64,000 nucleotides of DNA from Limnohabitans sp. (GTDB taxonomy: Bacteria > Pseudomonadota > Gammaproteobacteria > Burkholderiales > Burkholderiaceae_C): assembly GCF_017848645.1 (NCBI RefSeq), contig NZ_JAFEIF010000077.1, positions 38,398-102,397 of the forward strand. The letters run 5' to 3'. This document shows, one piece after another, positions 25,648 through 36,690 of this stretch. The translations under genes were made by a program, and so were the position numbers. The notes under the pieces were generated by a model. It saw nothing but the letters and a program-made list of their open reading frames with translations. It did not search any database and was not told where the DNA came from. Every line of letters begins with the position of its first letter. The stretch's first letter is position 1.

Positions 25648-25730
25648 TCGCCATCTGCGTTGGCCCAAAACCTCAAAAAAATTTGAGGTTTTGTTGATTA
25701 AGCACACAGGGTGTGCACCAACGGTCTTGG
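25648..25730 (-). promoter_or_regulatory. L10(L12)4 autoregulatory leader of rplJ
   Basis: CCAAGACCGTTGG...CTTAATC...CCAACGCAGATGGCGA resembles the enterobacterial rplJ leader core (AAGAC..UUAA..GYAGAYGG), with an extra AAAACCTCAAA/TTTGAGGTTTT hairpin inserted. Confidence 0.7.
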
Positions 25731-25806
25731 ATGGCCCACCGATCTTTTGCAAGATCAACGGCCCACCACATTGAGGTGCTCGGGTGAGCCCCTCAAATCT
25801 TTGCCA

Positions 25807-26502
25807 TCACGCCGAGATGGATTGTGTGTCGACGCGAACGCCCACACCCATGGTCGACGAAACAGCCACTTTGCGCAGGTACACGCCTTTGCTGGTCGCA
25901 GGCTTGGCTTTGACCAAGGCTTCCACCAGCGCAGCCAAGTTGCCTTGCAACTTGTCGGTGTCAAATGAACGGCGACCGATGGTGCCATGCACGATACCGG
26001 CTTTGTCCACACGGAACTGCACTTGACCGGCTTTGGCATTGCGCACAGCAGTGGCCACATCGGGGGTGACGGTGCCGACTTTGGGGTTAGGCATCAGGCC
26101 ACGTGGGCCCAGGATCTGACCCAAAGTACCGACCACGCGCATGGCGTCAGGCGCGGCGATCACCACGTCGAAAGGCATGTCGCCAGCCTTCACGCGGGCA
26201 GCCAGGTCGTCCATACCCACCACGTCTGCACCGGCAGCGCGGGCTTCGTCAGCCTTTGCGCCTTGCGCGAACACGGCCACACGGGCGGTCTTGCCGGTGC
26301 CATTGGGCAACACGACAGCACCACGCACCACTTGGTCCGACTTCTTGGCATCGATGCCGAGTTGAACGGCCACATCGATGGACTCGTCGAACTTGGCGGT
26401 CGCGTGCTCTTTGACCATGGTCAACGCGTCAGACAATGCATACAGCTTCAGGCTGTCGACTTTGCCAACCAGGGCTTTTTGTTTTTTGGTGAGCTTGGAC
26501 AT
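25807..26502 (-). CDS. rplA: 50S ribosomal protein L1
   Basis: [30 protein letters not shown]. Confidence 0.98.
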   Translation of the reverse strand: MSKLTKKQKALVGKVDSLKLYALSDALTMVKEHATAKFDESIDVAVQLGIDAKKSDQVVRGAVVLPNGTGKTARVAVFAQGAKADEARAAGADVVGMDDLAARVKAGDMPFDVVIAAPDAMRVVGTLGQILGPRGLMPNPKVGTVTPDVATAVRNAKAGQVQFRVDKAGIVHGTIGRRSFDTDKLQGNLAALVEALVKAKPATSKGVYLRKVAVSSTMGVGVRVDTQSISA

Positions 26503-26934
26503 TTACACGCCCTCCACATTCACGCCCATGGAACGGGCAGTACCAGCGATGGTGCGAACGGCTGCGTCCAGGTCGGCAGCAGTCAGATCTTTCATCTTGG
26601 TCTTGGCGATTTCTTCCAGCTGAGCGCGGGTGATCTTGCCAACCTTCTCCAGACCTGGCTTGGTCGAAGCCTTGTCGATCTTGATGGACTTCTTGATCAA
26701 GGTCGCGGCAGGCGGCGTCTTGATGATGAAGGTGAAGGACTTGTCTGCAAACGCTGTGATGACCACAGGCAATGGCAGGCCCGGCTCGACGCCTTGGGTC
26801 TGGGCGTTGAACGCCTTGCAGAATTCCATGATGTTCAAACCACGCTGGCCCAGTGCAGGACCAATGGGTGGTGATGGATTGGCTTTACCAGCTGGCACTT
26901 GCAGCTTGATGAAGCCGACGATTTTTTTCGCCAT
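26503..26934 (-). CDS. rplK: 50S ribosomal protein L11
   Basis: [21 protein letters not shown]. Confidence 0.98.
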   Translation of the reverse strand: MAKKIVGFIKLQVPAGKANPSPPIGPALGQRGLNIMEFCKAFNAQTQGVEPGLPLPVVITAFADKSFTFIIKTPPAATLIKKSIKIDKASTKPGLEKVGKITRAQLEEIAKTKMKDLTAADLDAAVRTIAGTARSMGVNVEGV

Positions 26935-26948
26935 GCTTTTCTCCTTGC

Positions 26949-26987
26949 GGGTTGTAACGCTTGGGACCGTGAGGTCCTGGGCTCCCC
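26949..26987 (-). promoter_or_regulatory. L1-binding translational operator upstream of rplK
   Basis: GGGGAGC(hairpin)GCGTTACAACCC just 5' of the SD, matching the E. coli-type GGGGAGCC...GCGUUA..ACCC layout. Confidence 0.65.
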
Positions 26988-27007
26988 GGGGTTAACGACT
27001 CAAGATC

Positions 27008-27039
27008 AAAAACCGGTGCCGAGTCGGGAAGCACCGGTT
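27008..27039 (-). terminator. Terminator-like hairpin after nusG
   Basis: AACCGGTGC/GCACCGGTT stem ending in TTTTT on minus strand. Confidence 0.6.
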
Positions 27040-27056
27040 CGAAAAGGGTTCGAGTA

Positions 27057-27638
27057 TCAGGTCTTTTCGACTTGACTGAATTCGAGTTCAACCGGTGTGG
27101 CACGGCCGAAAATGGTCACCGACACGCGCATCTTGTTGCGCTCGTAGTTGACTTCTTCCACGGTGCCATTGAAGTCCGTGAATGGGCCTTCCTTGACGCG
27201 GATGTATTCACCGACTTCAAACTCCACCTTGTGGCGGGGCTTGTCGGTACCTTCTTGCATCTGGTTGACGATTTTGGCTACATCGGCTTCGGAGATCGGG
27301 GCGGGTCGGTTCTTGGCCCCACCCACAAAGCCGGTGACTTTGTTGGTGTGCTTGACGAGGTGCCAAGTCTCGTCATCCATGACCATTTCCACCAGCACAT
27401 AGCCTGGGAAAAATTTTCGTTCTGTCGTGCGCTTTTGGCCGTTCTTGATTTCCACCACTTCTTCAGTGGGGACCAGGATGCGGCCAAATTTGGATTCCAT
27501 GCCTGCGCGCGTGATGCGCTCGACGATGTTGCGCTCGACCGCTTTTTCCATGCCCGAATAGGCATGGACCACGTACCATTTCAGGTCCGGGTTGGTCGAA
27601 GAGCCCGCCATTGGCGCGTTGACTACAACATCGTTCAT
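27057..27638 (-). CDS. nusG: Transcription termination/antitermination factor NusG
   Basis: [32 protein letters not shown]; start at 27638. Confidence 0.97.
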   Translation of the reverse strand: MNDVVVNAPMAGSSTNPDLKWYVVHAYSGMEKAVERNIVERITRAGMESKFGRILVPTEEVVEIKNGQKRTTERKFFPGYVLVEMVMDDETWHLVKHTNKVTGFVGGAKNRPAPISEADVAKIVNQMQEGTDKPRHKVEFEVGEYIRVKEGPFTDFNGTVEEVNYERNKMRVSVTIFGRATPVELEFSQVEKT

Positions 27639-28021
27639 TATTTTTTCCACCCGAGAATCAGATCGTAAAAAACCCATTCCAGAGTTTTGTCGGTGAGCCA
27701 CAAAAACAAGGCCATCACCACCACAAAAGCAAACACGTACAAGGTGATCTGCAAGGCTTCTTTGCGCTCAGGCCACACCACCTTTTTGGTTTCGCGCACG
27801 GCATCGCGGCCAAAAGCCACCAGCTGCTTGCCCGTTTCGGCGGTGAAAAACACCACCACGGCGGCCACAAGACCCACCAACAGACCGGCCCACTGCACCC
27901 AAACGCCTTGTGCGGACAACATGTAGTAAGCCACCAAGCCAGCAATGACCAGCGTAGCCACCAGGGCCAGACGCATTTTGTCGCCAGCGGTACTGACTGT
28001 TTGAACTTCGGATGTTGCCAT
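27638..28021 (-). CDS. secE: Preprotein translocase SecE
   Basis: Three TM segments, [12 protein letters not shown]; start MATSEV. Confidence 0.95.
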   Translation of the reverse strand: MATSEVQTVSTAGDKMRLALVATLVIAGLVAYYMLSAQGVWVQWAGLLVGLVAAVVVFFTAETGKQLVAFGRDAVRETKKVVWPERKEALQITLYVFAFVVVMALFLWLTDKTLEWVFYDLILGWKK

Positions 28022-28118
28022 ACGGCTGAAAACCTTTGTTGAGCCTTGTTTTAAAAGGCTCTGATCAGACAAGGAAGCCCGCTAGAGTCTAGCGGGCTTG
28101 AAAATCCACCTTTTCAGG

Positions 28119-28194
28119 TGGCAGGGGCAGTAGGAATCGAACCTACAACCTTCGGTTTTGGAGACCGACGCTCTGCCAATTGAGCTATACCCCT
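28119..28194 (-). tRNA. tRNA-Trp(CCA)
   Basis: AGGGGTATAGCTCAATTGGCAGAGCGTCGGTCTCCAAAACCG...CCA; followed by an 11-bp hairpin AAGCCCGCTAG/CTAGCGGGCTT. Confidence 0.97.
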
Positions 28195-28206
28195 ACTTGA
28201 ACCTCT

Positions 28207-29397
28207 TTAAGCGATGATCTTGGCAACCACGCCAGCGCCAACGGTACGGCCGCCTTCGCGGATGGCAAAGCGCAAGCCTTCTTCCATCGCAATGGGGTTG
28301 ATCAACTTCACAGTGATCGACACGTTGTCACCCGGCATCACCATCTCTTTGCCTTCTGGCAATTCGATCGCGCCGGTCACGTCCGTCGTACGGAAGTAGA
28401 ACTGAGGACGGTAGTTGTTGAAGAAAGGCGTGTGACGGCCACCTTCGTCTTTGGACAAGACATAGATCTCGCCCGTGAAGTGGGTGTGGGGCTTGATCGA
28501 GCCGGGCTTGCACAGCACTTGGCCGCGCTCGACGTCTTCGCGCTTGGTGCCGCGCAGCAAGATGCCGACGTTGTCACCCGCTTGACCTTGGTCCAGCAGC
28601 TTGCGGAACATCTCAACGCCTGTGCAAGTGGTCTTGACAGTGTCTTTGATACCCACGATTTCGATTTCTTCGCCGACTTTGACGATACCGCGCTCGATAC
28701 GGCCAGTCACCACAGTGCCGCGACCGGAGATCGAGAACACGTCTTCCACGGGCATCAAGAATGCACCGTCCACTGCGCGGTCAGGCGTAGGGATGTAAGT
28801 GTCCAGAGCGTCGGCCAGCTTCATGATGGCTTGCTCGCCCAGAGGACCCTTGTCGCCTTCCAGAGCCAGCTTGGCGGAACCTTGAACGATGGGTGTGTCG
28901 TCGCCTGGGAAGTCGTACTTGGACAACAACTCGCGAACTTCCATTTCGACCAGCTCCAACAACTCAGCGTCGTCGACCATGTCGCACTTGTTCAGGAACA
29001 CGATGATGTAAGGCACGCCAACTTGACGGGCCAACAAGATGTGCTCACGGGTCTGAGGCATAGGGCCGTCAGCAGCGGAGCAAACCAAAATAGCGCCGTC
29101 CATCTGAGCAGCACCGGTGATCATGTTCTTCACATAGTCAGCGTGGCCAGGGCAGTCCACGTGTGCGTAGTGACGGTTTTCTGTTTCGTACTCAACGTGA
29201 GCGGTGTTGATCGTGATACCACGGGCTTTTTCTTCGGGCGCCGCGTCGATCTGGTCGTACGCTTTGGCAGCACCGCCGAACTTGGCAGCCAACACGGTGG
29301 TGATGGCGGCAGTCAGGGTGGTTTTGCCGTGGTCAACGTGACCGATGGTGCCCACGTTGACGTGGGGCTTGGTCCGTTCGAATTTCTCTTTTGCCAT
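28207..29397 (-). CDS. tuf: Elongation factor Tu
   Basis: [21 protein letters not shown]; 396 aa. Confidence 0.99.
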   Translation of the reverse strand: MAKEKFERTKPHVNVGTIGHVDHGKTTLTAAITTVLAAKFGGAAKAYDQIDAAPEEKARGITINTAHVEYETENRHYAHVDCPGHADYVKNMITGAAQMDGAILVCSAADGPMPQTREHILLARQVGVPYIIVFLNKCDMVDDAELLELVEMEVRELLSKYDFPGDDTPIVQGSAKLALEGDKGPLGEQAIMKLADALDTYIPTPDRAVDGAFLMPVEDVFSISGRGTVVTGRIERGIVKVGEEIEIVGIKDTVKTTCTGVEMFRKLLDQGQAGDNVGILLRGTKREDVERGQVLCKPGSIKPHTHFTGEIYVLSKDEGGRHTPFFNNYRPQFYFRTTDVTGAIELPEGKEMVMPGDNVSITVKLINPIAMEEGLRFAIREGGRTVGAGVVAKIIA

Positions 29398-29470
29398 ATC
29401 TTCGACTCCGAAAAGTAGCGGTCAACAACCAAGACAGAGGGCGCACAACTTGCATTGCGCGCCCCAAAAC

Positions 29471-29545
<75 letters not shown>

Positions 29546-29575
29546 GAAAACTTCTGACAAACTCAACAGACTGAC

Positions 29576-29649
29576 TGGAGCGGGAAACGGGAATCGAACC
29601 CGTGTCATTAGCTTGGAAGGCTAAGGTTCTACCATTAAACTACTCCCGC
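29576..29649 (-). tRNA. tRNA-Gly(TCC)
   Basis: GCGGGAGTAGTTTAATGGTAGAACCTTAGCCTTCCAAGCTAA...CCA, 74 nt. Confidence 0.96.
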
Positions 29650-29736
29650 ACTGTTTGCGCCGCACGAGTGGATGCTGCGCCAATGCTTGGAAACCATTTC
29701 CAATTGCTCAAATCAATCCGGCATTAGCCAGTTTGC

Positions 29737-29822
29737 TGGTGGAGGAGACTGGATTCGAACCAGTGTAGGCGTAAGCCAACAGATTTACAGTCTGCCCCCT
29801 TTAGCCACTCGGGCACCCCTCC
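29737..29822 (-). tRNA. tRNA-Tyr(GTA)
   Basis: GGAGGGGTGCCCGAGTGGCTAAAGGGGGCAGACTGTAAATCTG, long variable arm, 86 nt. Confidence 0.97.
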
Positions 29823-29837
29823 AGAAGCGAGTCTTAG

Positions 29838-29867
29838 ATTATGCCATCTTTTTGTGACAGCCCGCAA
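29838..29867 (-). promoter_or_regulatory. Candidate sigma70 promoter of tRNA-tuf operon
   Basis: TTGCGG-18 nt-CATAAT, 15 nt upstream of tRNA-Tyr. Confidence 0.5.
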
Positions 29868-29884
29868 GTTGGCCCACAAAATTT

Positions 29885-30646
29885 TCACCACGCGATGGTT
29901 TTTTCGCCGCATTGCGCCAAAAAGGCATTGGCCTGCGCGAAATGGCCACAGCCTATAAAAGGCATGGGGGCTCGCAAGGCCGACAAAGGCGAGGGGTGGT
30001 TGGCCATCAACACCAAATGCCGACCCGACTTTGCAGCCGCTTCGATCAAGGCTTGTTTGGCCTGGGCCTGCGCGCCCCACAACATGAACACCACCGGTCT
30101 TGAACTTTGGGCCACAGTTTGGACCAACTGATCGCTCAACACCTCCCAACCCCAGCGGGCATGGCTGGCAGCTTGCCCGTCTTGCACCGTCATACAGGTA
30201 TTGAGCAGCAAGACCCCTTGTTTGGCCCAACGCACCAAAGACCCGTCTGTCGGCATGGCGGCACCCAGACTTCGCTGCAACTCTTTGAAAACATTGCGCA
30301 AACTGGGCGGCAAGCGCACACCCGGCGCCACAGAAAAGGCCAAGCCTTCCGCTTGACCCGGTCCGTGGTAGGGGTCTTGACCCAAAATCACCACCCGCAC
30401 CTCGCTCAAAGGGGTCAGGCTCAACGCCCGAAAGGGCTCAGGCGGGTAAATGGTTTGCCCGGCGTGCAGGGCATCGGTCAAGCGCCTGGACAAGGCAAGC
30501 CCCGCCTCGGAACTCAGAAAAGCATCCACCAAGGGCCGCCACCCCTCGTCCAGGCTCTGAAGATCGGCAGGCCAACGCAGCCCTGGATGGGGCACGCCAG
30601 TTTCTTCTTCAAACCCCAGACTTTGCTGCCCCGTCATGCGGGTCAT
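29885..30646 (-). CDS. ung: Uracil-DNA glycosylase family 1
   Basis: GQDPYH, GVLLLN, HPSPLS; ATG overlaps trpC TGA. Confidence 0.95.
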   Translation of the reverse strand: MTRMTGQQSLGFEEETGVPHPGLRWPADLQSLDEGWRPLVDAFLSSEAGLALSRRLTDALHAGQTIYPPEPFRALSLTPLSEVRVVILGQDPYHGPGQAEGLAFSVAPGVRLPPSLRNVFKELQRSLGAAMPTDGSLVRWAKQGVLLLNTCMTVQDGQAASHARWGWEVLSDQLVQTVAQSSRPVVFMLWGAQAQAKQALIEAAAKSGRHLVLMANHPSPLSALRAPMPFIGCGHFAQANAFLAQCGEKTIAW

Positions 30647-31434
30647 CCAGCAAACAGTTTGGCCAAGGCTTCGCCGGGCTCGCTGGCACGCATGAAAGCC
30701 TCACCCACCAGGAACGCGTTGACCTTGGCCTCGCGCATGATTCGGACATCTTCCGGAGTTTGAATCCCGCTTTCGGTGACCAGCAAGCGGTCGGCCGGCA
30801 CATCGGGCAGCATGTCCAAGGTCGTCTGCAAGGACACTTCGAAAGTTTTCAGGTTGCGGTTGTTGATGCCGACCAGACGCGTTTTGAGTTTCAGGGCGCG
30901 TTCCAGCTCGGCTCTGTCGTGCACCTCCACCAGCACCGCCATGTCCAGGCTGCGGGCCACCGCCTCCATTTCGGCCATGTGGGCGTCGTCCAGGCAGGCG
31001 GCGATGAGCAGGATGGCGTCAGCCCCCATGGCCCGGGCTTCGTACACCTGGTAGGCATCGATCATGAAGTCCTTGCGCAGCACCGGCAAGTCGCAACTGG
31101 CACGGGCTTGCTTGAGGTAATCCACACTGCCCTGGAAGAACTGTTTGTCCGTCAACACCGACAGACAAGCCGCGCCGAATTCGGCGTAGCTTTGGGCAAT
31201 GTCGGCCGGAATGAAGTCGGCCCGCAGCACGCCTTTGGACGGGCTGGCCTTCTTGATTTCGGCGATCACTGCCGCTTGGCCTGCAGCGATCTTGGCACGC
31301 ATCGCGCCTTCAAAGTCACGGGTCAACACGCGGCTTTCGGCATCGGCGCGCACCGCTGCCAGTGATTTTTGCTTCAAGGCCGCCGCCACTTCTTCGCGTT
31401 TGACCGCGACGATTTTGTCCAGGATGTCACTCAT
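30643..31434 (-). CDS. trpC: Indole-3-glycerol phosphate synthase
   Basis: Start MSDILDKI at 31434; [33 protein letters not shown]. Confidence 0.97.
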   Translation of the reverse strand: MSDILDKIVAVKREEVAAALKQKSLAAVRADAESRVLTRDFEGAMRAKIAAGQAAVIAEIKKASPSKGVLRADFIPADIAQSYAEFGAACLSVLTDKQFFQGSVDYLKQARASCDLPVLRKDFMIDAYQVYEARAMGADAILLIAACLDDAHMAEMEAVARSLDMAVLVEVHDRAELERALKLKTRLVGINNRNLKTFEVSLQTTLDMLPDVPADRLLVTESGIQTPEDVRIMREAKVNAFLVGEAFMRASEPGEALAKLFAG

Positions 31435-31480
31435 GATTTTCTTTCTGTGCGGGCTCGGTGGCACCGTTTTTTGAAATGGC

Positions 31481-32509
31481 TCAAGTCGCCTTCTGGCCAA
31501 AGGCCACAAACTGCGCCAGCTTGGCTTTGGCCGCGCCCGACTCGATGGCCACGCGCGCGCGCGACAGGCCATCAGCGATGCTGCTGGCCACATTGGCCGC
31601 GTACAAGGCGGCACCCGCGTTGATCAAGACGATGTCCCGCGCCGCGCCGGGCTCATTGTCCAGCACGCCACGCAGCATGGCCATGGATTGCTCGGGTGTG
31701 TCCACTTTCAGTGCCCGGTTGCTGGCCATGGTCAGGCCGAAGTCTTCCGGGTGGATTTCGTATTCGGTGATCTGCCCGTTTTTGAGCTCGCCCACCAAGG
31801 TGGCCGCGCCCAGGCTGATTTCGTCCATGCCGTCGCGCCCGTACACCACCACCGCATGCTCGGCCCCAAGGCGTTGCAAGGCACGCACCTGAATGCCCAC
31901 CAGGTCGGAGTGGAACACGCCCATCAAAATGTTGGGCGCGCTGGCTGGGTTGGTCAAGGGGCCGAGGATGTTGAACATCGTGCGCACTCCCAGCTCCTTG
32001 CGCACCGGGGCCACGTTTTTCATGGCCGGGTGGTGGTTGGGTGCGAACATGAAGCCGATGCCCACCTCATCGATCGACCGGGCGATCTGCTCGGGCGACA
32101 GGTGGATGTTGCCACCCAGGGCTTCAACCACATCCGCACTGCCCGATTTGCTGCTGACGCTGCGCCCACCGTGCTTGGCCGTTTTGGCCCCAGCGGCAGC
32201 GGCCACAAACATGGCGCAGGTCGAGATGTTGAAGGTGTGGGCCCCATCGCCCCCCGTGCCCACGATGTCCACCAGGTGTGTCGGGTCGGCCACATGCACT
32301 TTGGTTGAGAACTCGCGCATGACTTGCGCAGCGGCAGTGATCTCGCCAATGGTTTCCTTTTTCACGCGCAGGCCTGTGACGAGCGCCGCGGTCATGACAG
32401 GCGACAACTCGCCATTCATGATCATGCGCATGAGGTGAAGCATCTCGTCGTGAAAAATCTCGCGGTGCTCGATGGTGCGTTGCAGCGCTTCCTGAGGGGT
32501 GATGGGCAT
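31481..32509 (-). CDS. trpD: Anthranilate phosphoribosyltransferase
   Basis: [35 protein letters not shown]. Confidence 0.97.
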   Translation of the reverse strand: MPITPQEALQRTIEHREIFHDEMLHLMRMIMNGELSPVMTAALVTGLRVKKETIGEITAAAQVMREFSTKVHVADPTHLVDIVGTGGDGAHTFNISTCAMFVAAAAGAKTAKHGGRSVSSKSGSADVVEALGGNIHLSPEQIARSIDEVGIGFMFAPNHHPAMKNVAPVRKELGVRTMFNILGPLTNPASAPNILMGVFHSDLVGIQVRALQRLGAEHAVVVYGRDGMDEISLGAATLVGELKNGQITEYEIHPEDFGLTMASNRALKVDTPEQSMAMLRGVLDNEPGAARDIVLINAGAALYAANVASSIADGLSRARVAIESGAAKAKLAQFVAFGQKAT

Positions 32510-32548
32510 GGTGGAGTTCCTCTCGGATAGTGGGATGCGGTGAAAAAT

Positions 32549-33244
32549 TCAGTGGGATGGCGCGTCCGTCAGGGCGAGCTTCAGACCAAAGCCGACAAAC
32601 AAAAAGCCCGTCAGCCGGTCCAGGTGTCTCATGCCGCGCTGCAACCCATGGCTCCTGTGGGCCAGCCAAGAAGCGGCCACAGCCCAGCCCATGCACACCA
32701 GCCAACTGTTCAGATTGAACAAGCAGCCTAGGAGTACGAAAGACCAGGTCGGGTCGGGGGCATGCGCCGGGATGAACTGCGGCACAAAGGCCAGGAAAAA
32801 CAGCGCCACTTTCGGGTTCAAGGCGTTGGTGGCGAACGCGCCGAAGAACACGGCCAGCAAACCAGTGGCCTCTTTGGAGGCTGGCCTACGCCCGTGCGGG
32901 TCAGAATGGCCCATCAGCGCCGGAACTTGCGCTTGATCGCCATCGGCACGGGCTTGGCATGTGCGCCACAACAGACGCCCACCCATCCACAACAGGTAGG
33001 CGGCACCGATCCACTTGACCAGATTGAAGGCGTTGGCCGAGGTGGCCAAAACGGCACCCAAGCCCCAAGCGGCCGCAGCCACGTGCACAAAACACCCCGC
33101 CGTGATGCCCCAGGCAGCGACCAGTCCACGCTGCACACCGCCCCTGAGCGACTGGTTGACGATGTAGAGCACATCCGGCCCAGGCGTGAGGTTGAGCAAC
33201 ACACCGGCCAACATGAACATCAGGACTTGCTGCGTGTCAAACAT
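32549..33244 (-). CDS. LysE/RhtB family amino-acid exporter
   Basis: LTPGPDVLY, YLLWMG, NALNPKVALFFLAFVPQFI. Confidence 0.9.
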   Translation of the reverse strand: MFDTQQVLMFMLAGVLLNLTPGPDVLYIVNQSLRGGVQRGLVAAWGITAGCFVHVAAAAWGLGAVLATSANAFNLVKWIGAAYLLWMGGRLLWRTCQARADGDQAQVPALMGHSDPHGRRPASKEATGLLAVFFGAFATNALNPKVALFFLAFVPQFIPAHAPDPTWSFVLLGCLFNLNSWLVCMGWAVAASWLAHRSHGLQRGMRHLDRLTGFLFVGFGLKLALTDAPSH

Positions 33245-33248
33245 GGCT

Positions 33249-34325
33249 TCAGTAAATGCCCACTCGGGCGGAAGCCGGGCTTGTCTGTGCAGACGCGTTC
33301 ACCATGAAACGCCGGATGCAATCGATGGCATGGTCGATGCCGGCCGCATCCACCCCCAGGTGCGTCACAAAGCGCAGGCCGATCAAACCCGTGGCCAACA
33401 CGCCATGGGCCTTCAGATCCTCAAGCAGCGCCGGGCCACGTCCATCGGCCACATCCACAAACACGATGTTGGTTTGCGCCGAACGCACGCTGAGGCCTGG
33501 CACGCCTTGCAGGCCTTGGGCCAACCGCTGCGCCAGCGCATGGTCATCGGCCAAGCGCTCGACATGGTGATCCAATGCGTGCAAAGCCGCAGCCGCCAAA
33601 ATGCCGGACTGGCGCAAACCACCGCCCAACACCTTGCGCCAGCGCAAAGCCTTGGCGATCAATTCACGCGAGCCGCACAAGGCTGAGCCCACAGGCGCGC
33701 CCAAGCCCTTGCTGAAGCACACCGACACGCTGTCAAAGTTGTCCACGATACGCCGCACGCTGGCCGTGACCGATCCGCCTTCGGCTTGTGCGACAGCCGC
33801 ATTAAAGAGGCGGGCACCGTCCAGATGCACGGCCAAGCCGTGCTGCCGGCCGAGATCTGTGGCTTGCGCCAGATACGCCAGCGACATGGGGTGGCCGTTC
33901 CAGGTGTTTTCCAGCGCCAGCAAGCGTGTGCGTGCAAAGTGACAGTCGATGGGTTTGATGGCTGCCGCAATGTCGCCCAGCGCCATTTCTCCCACGCTAT
34001 TTTGTGCCAGCGGCTGCGGCTGGATGCTGCCCAGCACGGCTGCACCGCCGCCTTCGTAGCGGTAGGTGTGCGCGTTTTGACCGACGATGTACTCGTCGCC
34101 CCGCTCGCAATGCGCCATCAGGGCGCACAGGTTGCTTTGTGTGCCCGAAGGCATGAACAGCGCTGCTTCTTTCCCGGTGATCTGCGCGATGCGCTCTTGC
34201 AAGGCGTTGACCGTGGGGTCGTCGCCAAACACATCGTCGCCCACAGGCGCAGCCAGCATGGCCTCGCGCATGGCAGCGGTGGGCTGGGTCACCGTGTCGC
34301 TGCGCAGATCAATGGTCGTGTTCAT
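33249..34325 (-). CDS. ltaE: Low-specificity L-threonine aldolase
   Basis: [36 protein letters not shown] (PLP lysine); ATG overlaps trpG TGA. Confidence 0.95.
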   Translation of the reverse strand: MNTTIDLRSDTVTQPTAAMREAMLAAPVGDDVFGDDPTVNALQERIAQITGKEAALFMPSGTQSNLCALMAHCERGDEYIVGQNAHTYRYEGGGAAVLGSIQPQPLAQNSVGEMALGDIAAAIKPIDCHFARTRLLALENTWNGHPMSLAYLAQATDLGRQHGLAVHLDGARLFNAAVAQAEGGSVTASVRRIVDNFDSVSVCFSKGLGAPVGSALCGSRELIAKALRWRKVLGGGLRQSGILAAAALHALDHHVERLADDHALAQRLAQGLQGVPGLSVRSAQTNIVFVDVADGRGPALLEDLKAHGVLATGLIGLRFVTHLGVDAAGIDHAIDCIRRFMVNASAQTSPASARVGIY

Positions 34326-34903
34326 GGTCGCACCAAAAAGTTTTTGAGCATGGCGTGGCCATGCTCGGTCAGGATGGATTCGGGGTGAAACTGCACGCCT
34401 TCGACGTCCAACTCGGTGTGCCGCACGCCCATGATTTCGCCGTCGTCTGTCCAGGCGGTGACTTTCAGGCAGGGCGGACAAGTGGCCCGTTCAATGGCCA
34501 GGGAGTGGTAGCGGTTGACGGTGAACTGCTCGGGCAAGCCCGCGAACACACCTTTTTGCGTGGTGGTGATGACACTGGTCTTGCCGTGCATCAATTCTTG
34601 TGCGCGAACAATCTTGCCGCCAAAGGCCGCACCAATGCTTTGGTGCCCCAGACATACGCCCAAGATGGGCAGTTGGCCTGCAAAGTGCTGGATGGCGGCC
34701 ACCGAAATGCCCGCCTCGGCAGGCGAGCAAGGGCCGGGCGAAATCACCAAGCGGTCTGGCTGGCGGGCCGCAATGCCTTCGAGCGTGATTTCATCGTTGC
34801 GAAACACCTCGACCTCCGCGCCCAGTTCACCGAAGTACTGCACGATGTTGAAGGTGAACGAGTCGTAGTTGTCGACCATCAGGAGTTTGATTTTTTTCGC
34901 CAT
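34322..34903 (-). CDS. trpG: Anthranilate synthase component II (glutamine amidotransferase)
   Basis: [33 protein letters not shown]. Confidence 0.95.
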   Translation of the reverse strand: MAKKIKLLMVDNYDSFTFNIVQYFGELGAEVEVFRNDEITLEGIAARQPDRLVISPGPCSPAEAGISVAAIQHFAGQLPILGVCLGHQSIGAAFGGKIVRAQELMHGKTSVITTTQKGVFAGLPEQFTVNRYHSLAIERATCPPCLKVTAWTDDGEIMGVRHTELDVEGVQFHPESILTEHGHAMLKNFLVRP

Positions 34904-34905
34904 GA

Positions 34906-36405
34906 TCACTCCAAGCCTTCTTCCACCAACTCGCTGGCCCGCAACAAGGCACGCGCCTTGTGTTCGGTTTCGCGCCATTCCATCTCGGGCACCGAATCGG
35001 CCACCACCCCGGCCGCAGCCTGCACATACAGCGTCTGGTCCTTGATGACGGCGGTGCGGATTGCAATCGCCACATCCATGTCGCCCGCATAGCTGATGTA
35101 GCCGCAAGCGCCGCCGTAGATGCCTCGCTTGACGGGTTCGAACTGGTCAATCAGCTCCATGGCGTGCACCTTGGGCGCGCCTGTCAAGGTGCCAGCCGGG
35201 AAGGTGGCCTTGAGCACGTCCATATTGCTCATGCCTTGGTTGAGCAGGCCCTCGACGTTGCTCACGATGTGCATGACGTGGCTGTAGCGCTCGACAACAA
35301 AGGCCTCGGTCACCTTGACCGATCCGATCTGGGCGATGCGCCCAATGTCATTGCGCGCCAGATCGATCAGCATCACATGCTCGGCCCGCTCTTTGGGGTC
35401 GTTGATCAGTTCCAGCTCAGCGGCCTTGTCCTTTTCGGGCGTCGCCCCCCGTGGGCGTGTGCCTGCCAAGGGGCGGATGATGACTTTGGCGCCCTCTTCA
35501 GTTTGCTCCTGGCGTACCAAAATTTCCGGGCTGGCTCCGACGACATGGAAGTCGCCGAAGTTGTAGAAGTACATGTAGGGGCTGGGGTTGAGCGAGCGCA
35601 GCGCCCGGTACAAGGACAGTGGACTTTCGGTGTAGCGCTTTTTGATGCGCTGACCCACCTGCACCTGCATGAAGTCGCCGCCTGCGATCAGCTCCTTGGC
35701 TTTTTCCACGGCGCCGATGTAATCGGCCTTGGCGAAGTCCCGCTCGGCAGGGTACGACTGGGTGGGTTTGACCACCGGGGCGCTGACGGAGTACTTGAGT
35801 TGCTCTTTCAAATCGCGCAGACGTTTTTTCGCACCCACATAGGCCTCTGGCGTGGCCGGGTCGGCATAAACAATGAGGTAAAGCTTGCCCGACAGGTTGT
35901 CGATCACCGCCAGTTCTTCGCACTGCAGCAGCAAGATGTCGGGTGTGCCCAAGGTGTCGGGTGGGCAGGATTTTTCGAGTTTTTTCTCGATGTAGCGCAC
36001 CGCGTCGTAACCAAAATAGCCAGCCAGGCCGCCACAAAAACGGGGCAGACCTGGGCGCAAGGCGACCTTGAAACGCTTTTGGTATTGCTCGATGAAGTCG
36101 AGTGGGTTGCCGGCAGCAGTTTCGATGACCACGCCATCACGCACCACTTCGGTTTTGGCATCGGCACCAAAACCGCTGGCGCGCAGCAATGTGCGTGCAG
36201 GCAAGCCGATGAAGCTGTAGCGGCCAAAACGCTCGCCACCCACCACCGATTCGAGCAAGAAGCTGTATTGGCCGTTGTCTTTGGTGTGCGCCAGCTTCAG
36301 GTAAAGCGACAGGGGGGTTTCCAGGTCCGCAAAGGCCTCCAGCATGAGGGGAATGCGGTTGTAGCCTTGGCTGGCCAGGCTTTTGAATTCAAGTTCGGTG
36401 ATCAC
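34906..36405 (-). CDS. trpE: Anthranilate synthase component I
   Basis: GTG start; [50 protein letters not shown]. Confidence 0.97.
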   Translation of the reverse strand: MITELEFKSLASQGYNRIPLMLEAFADLETPLSLYLKLAHTKDNGQYSFLLESVVGGERFGRYSFIGLPARTLLRASGFGADAKTEVVRDGVVIETAAGNPLDFIEQYQKRFKVALRPGLPRFCGGLAGYFGYDAVRYIEKKLEKSCPPDTLGTPDILLLQCEELAVIDNLSGKLYLIVYADPATPEAYVGAKKRLRDLKEQLKYSVSAPVVKPTQSYPAERDFAKADYIGAVEKAKELIAGGDFMQVQVGQRIKKRYTESPLSLYRALRSLNPSPYMYFYNFGDFHVVGASPEILVRQEQTEEGAKVIIRPLAGTRPRGATPEKDKAAELELINDPKERAEHVMLIDLARNDIGRIAQIGSVKVTEAFVVERYSHVMHIVSNVEGLLNQGMSNMDVLKATFPAGTLTGAPKVHAMELIDQFEPVKRGIYGGACGYISYAGDMDVAIAIRTAVIKDQTLYVQAAAGVVADSVPEMEWRETEHKARALLRASELVEEGLE

Positions 36406-36410
36406 AGGCT

Positions 36411-36449
36411 AGCACCTCCTCAGCGCTCAGCGACCTCAGTCGAGGTGCT
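36411..36449 (-). promoter_or_regulatory. Hairpin sequestering the trpE Shine-Dalgarno
   Basis: mRNA AGCACCUC...GAGGUGCU 8-bp stem whose 3' arm overlaps GGAGG (36415-36419). Confidence 0.55.
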
Positions 36450-36527
36450 TTTCATTCATCCAGGTGCCCGGTCATGGTGTGTATGAAACCGGGCGCGGGT
36501 GGCGGGCAAGCCGCACAGTCGATGGGG

Positions 36528-36623
36528 TCAGGCTGGCCGACGCCAGGGCCAGGCTCCCCGGCCTTCCGCGGAGGAATGGCTCGGCAGGCTGGCTGCGCTG
36601 ATGTGGCTGTGGATGATGAACAT
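36528..36623 (-). CDS. Putative trp leader peptide, MFIIHSHISAASLPSHSSAEGRGAWPWRRPA
   Basis: Manually read 31-codon ORF with TGG-CCC-TGG near its end, 122 nt upstream of trpE, 9 nt after an extended -10 box; below the ORF-track length cutoff. Confidence 0.7.
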   Translation of the reverse strand: MFIIHSHISAASLPSHSSAEGRGAWPWRRPA

Positions 36624-36632
36624 GGTCTGTCA

Positions 36633-36641
36633 AGTGTAGCA
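36633..36641 (-). promoter_or_regulatory. Extended -10 promoter element for trp leader
   Basis: TG-C-TACACT on minus strand. Confidence 0.5.
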
Positions 36642-36690
36642 AAGCCCGGGGACCCGTTTTGACTGGTTCAGCGGCCACCTTGGCCTTAGC

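Noticed and set aside
36472-36678. Track ORFs 36472..36678 (-) and 36474..36662 (+) as small genes
   Set aside because: No SD or motifs, and they overlap the better-supported Trp leader in another frame.
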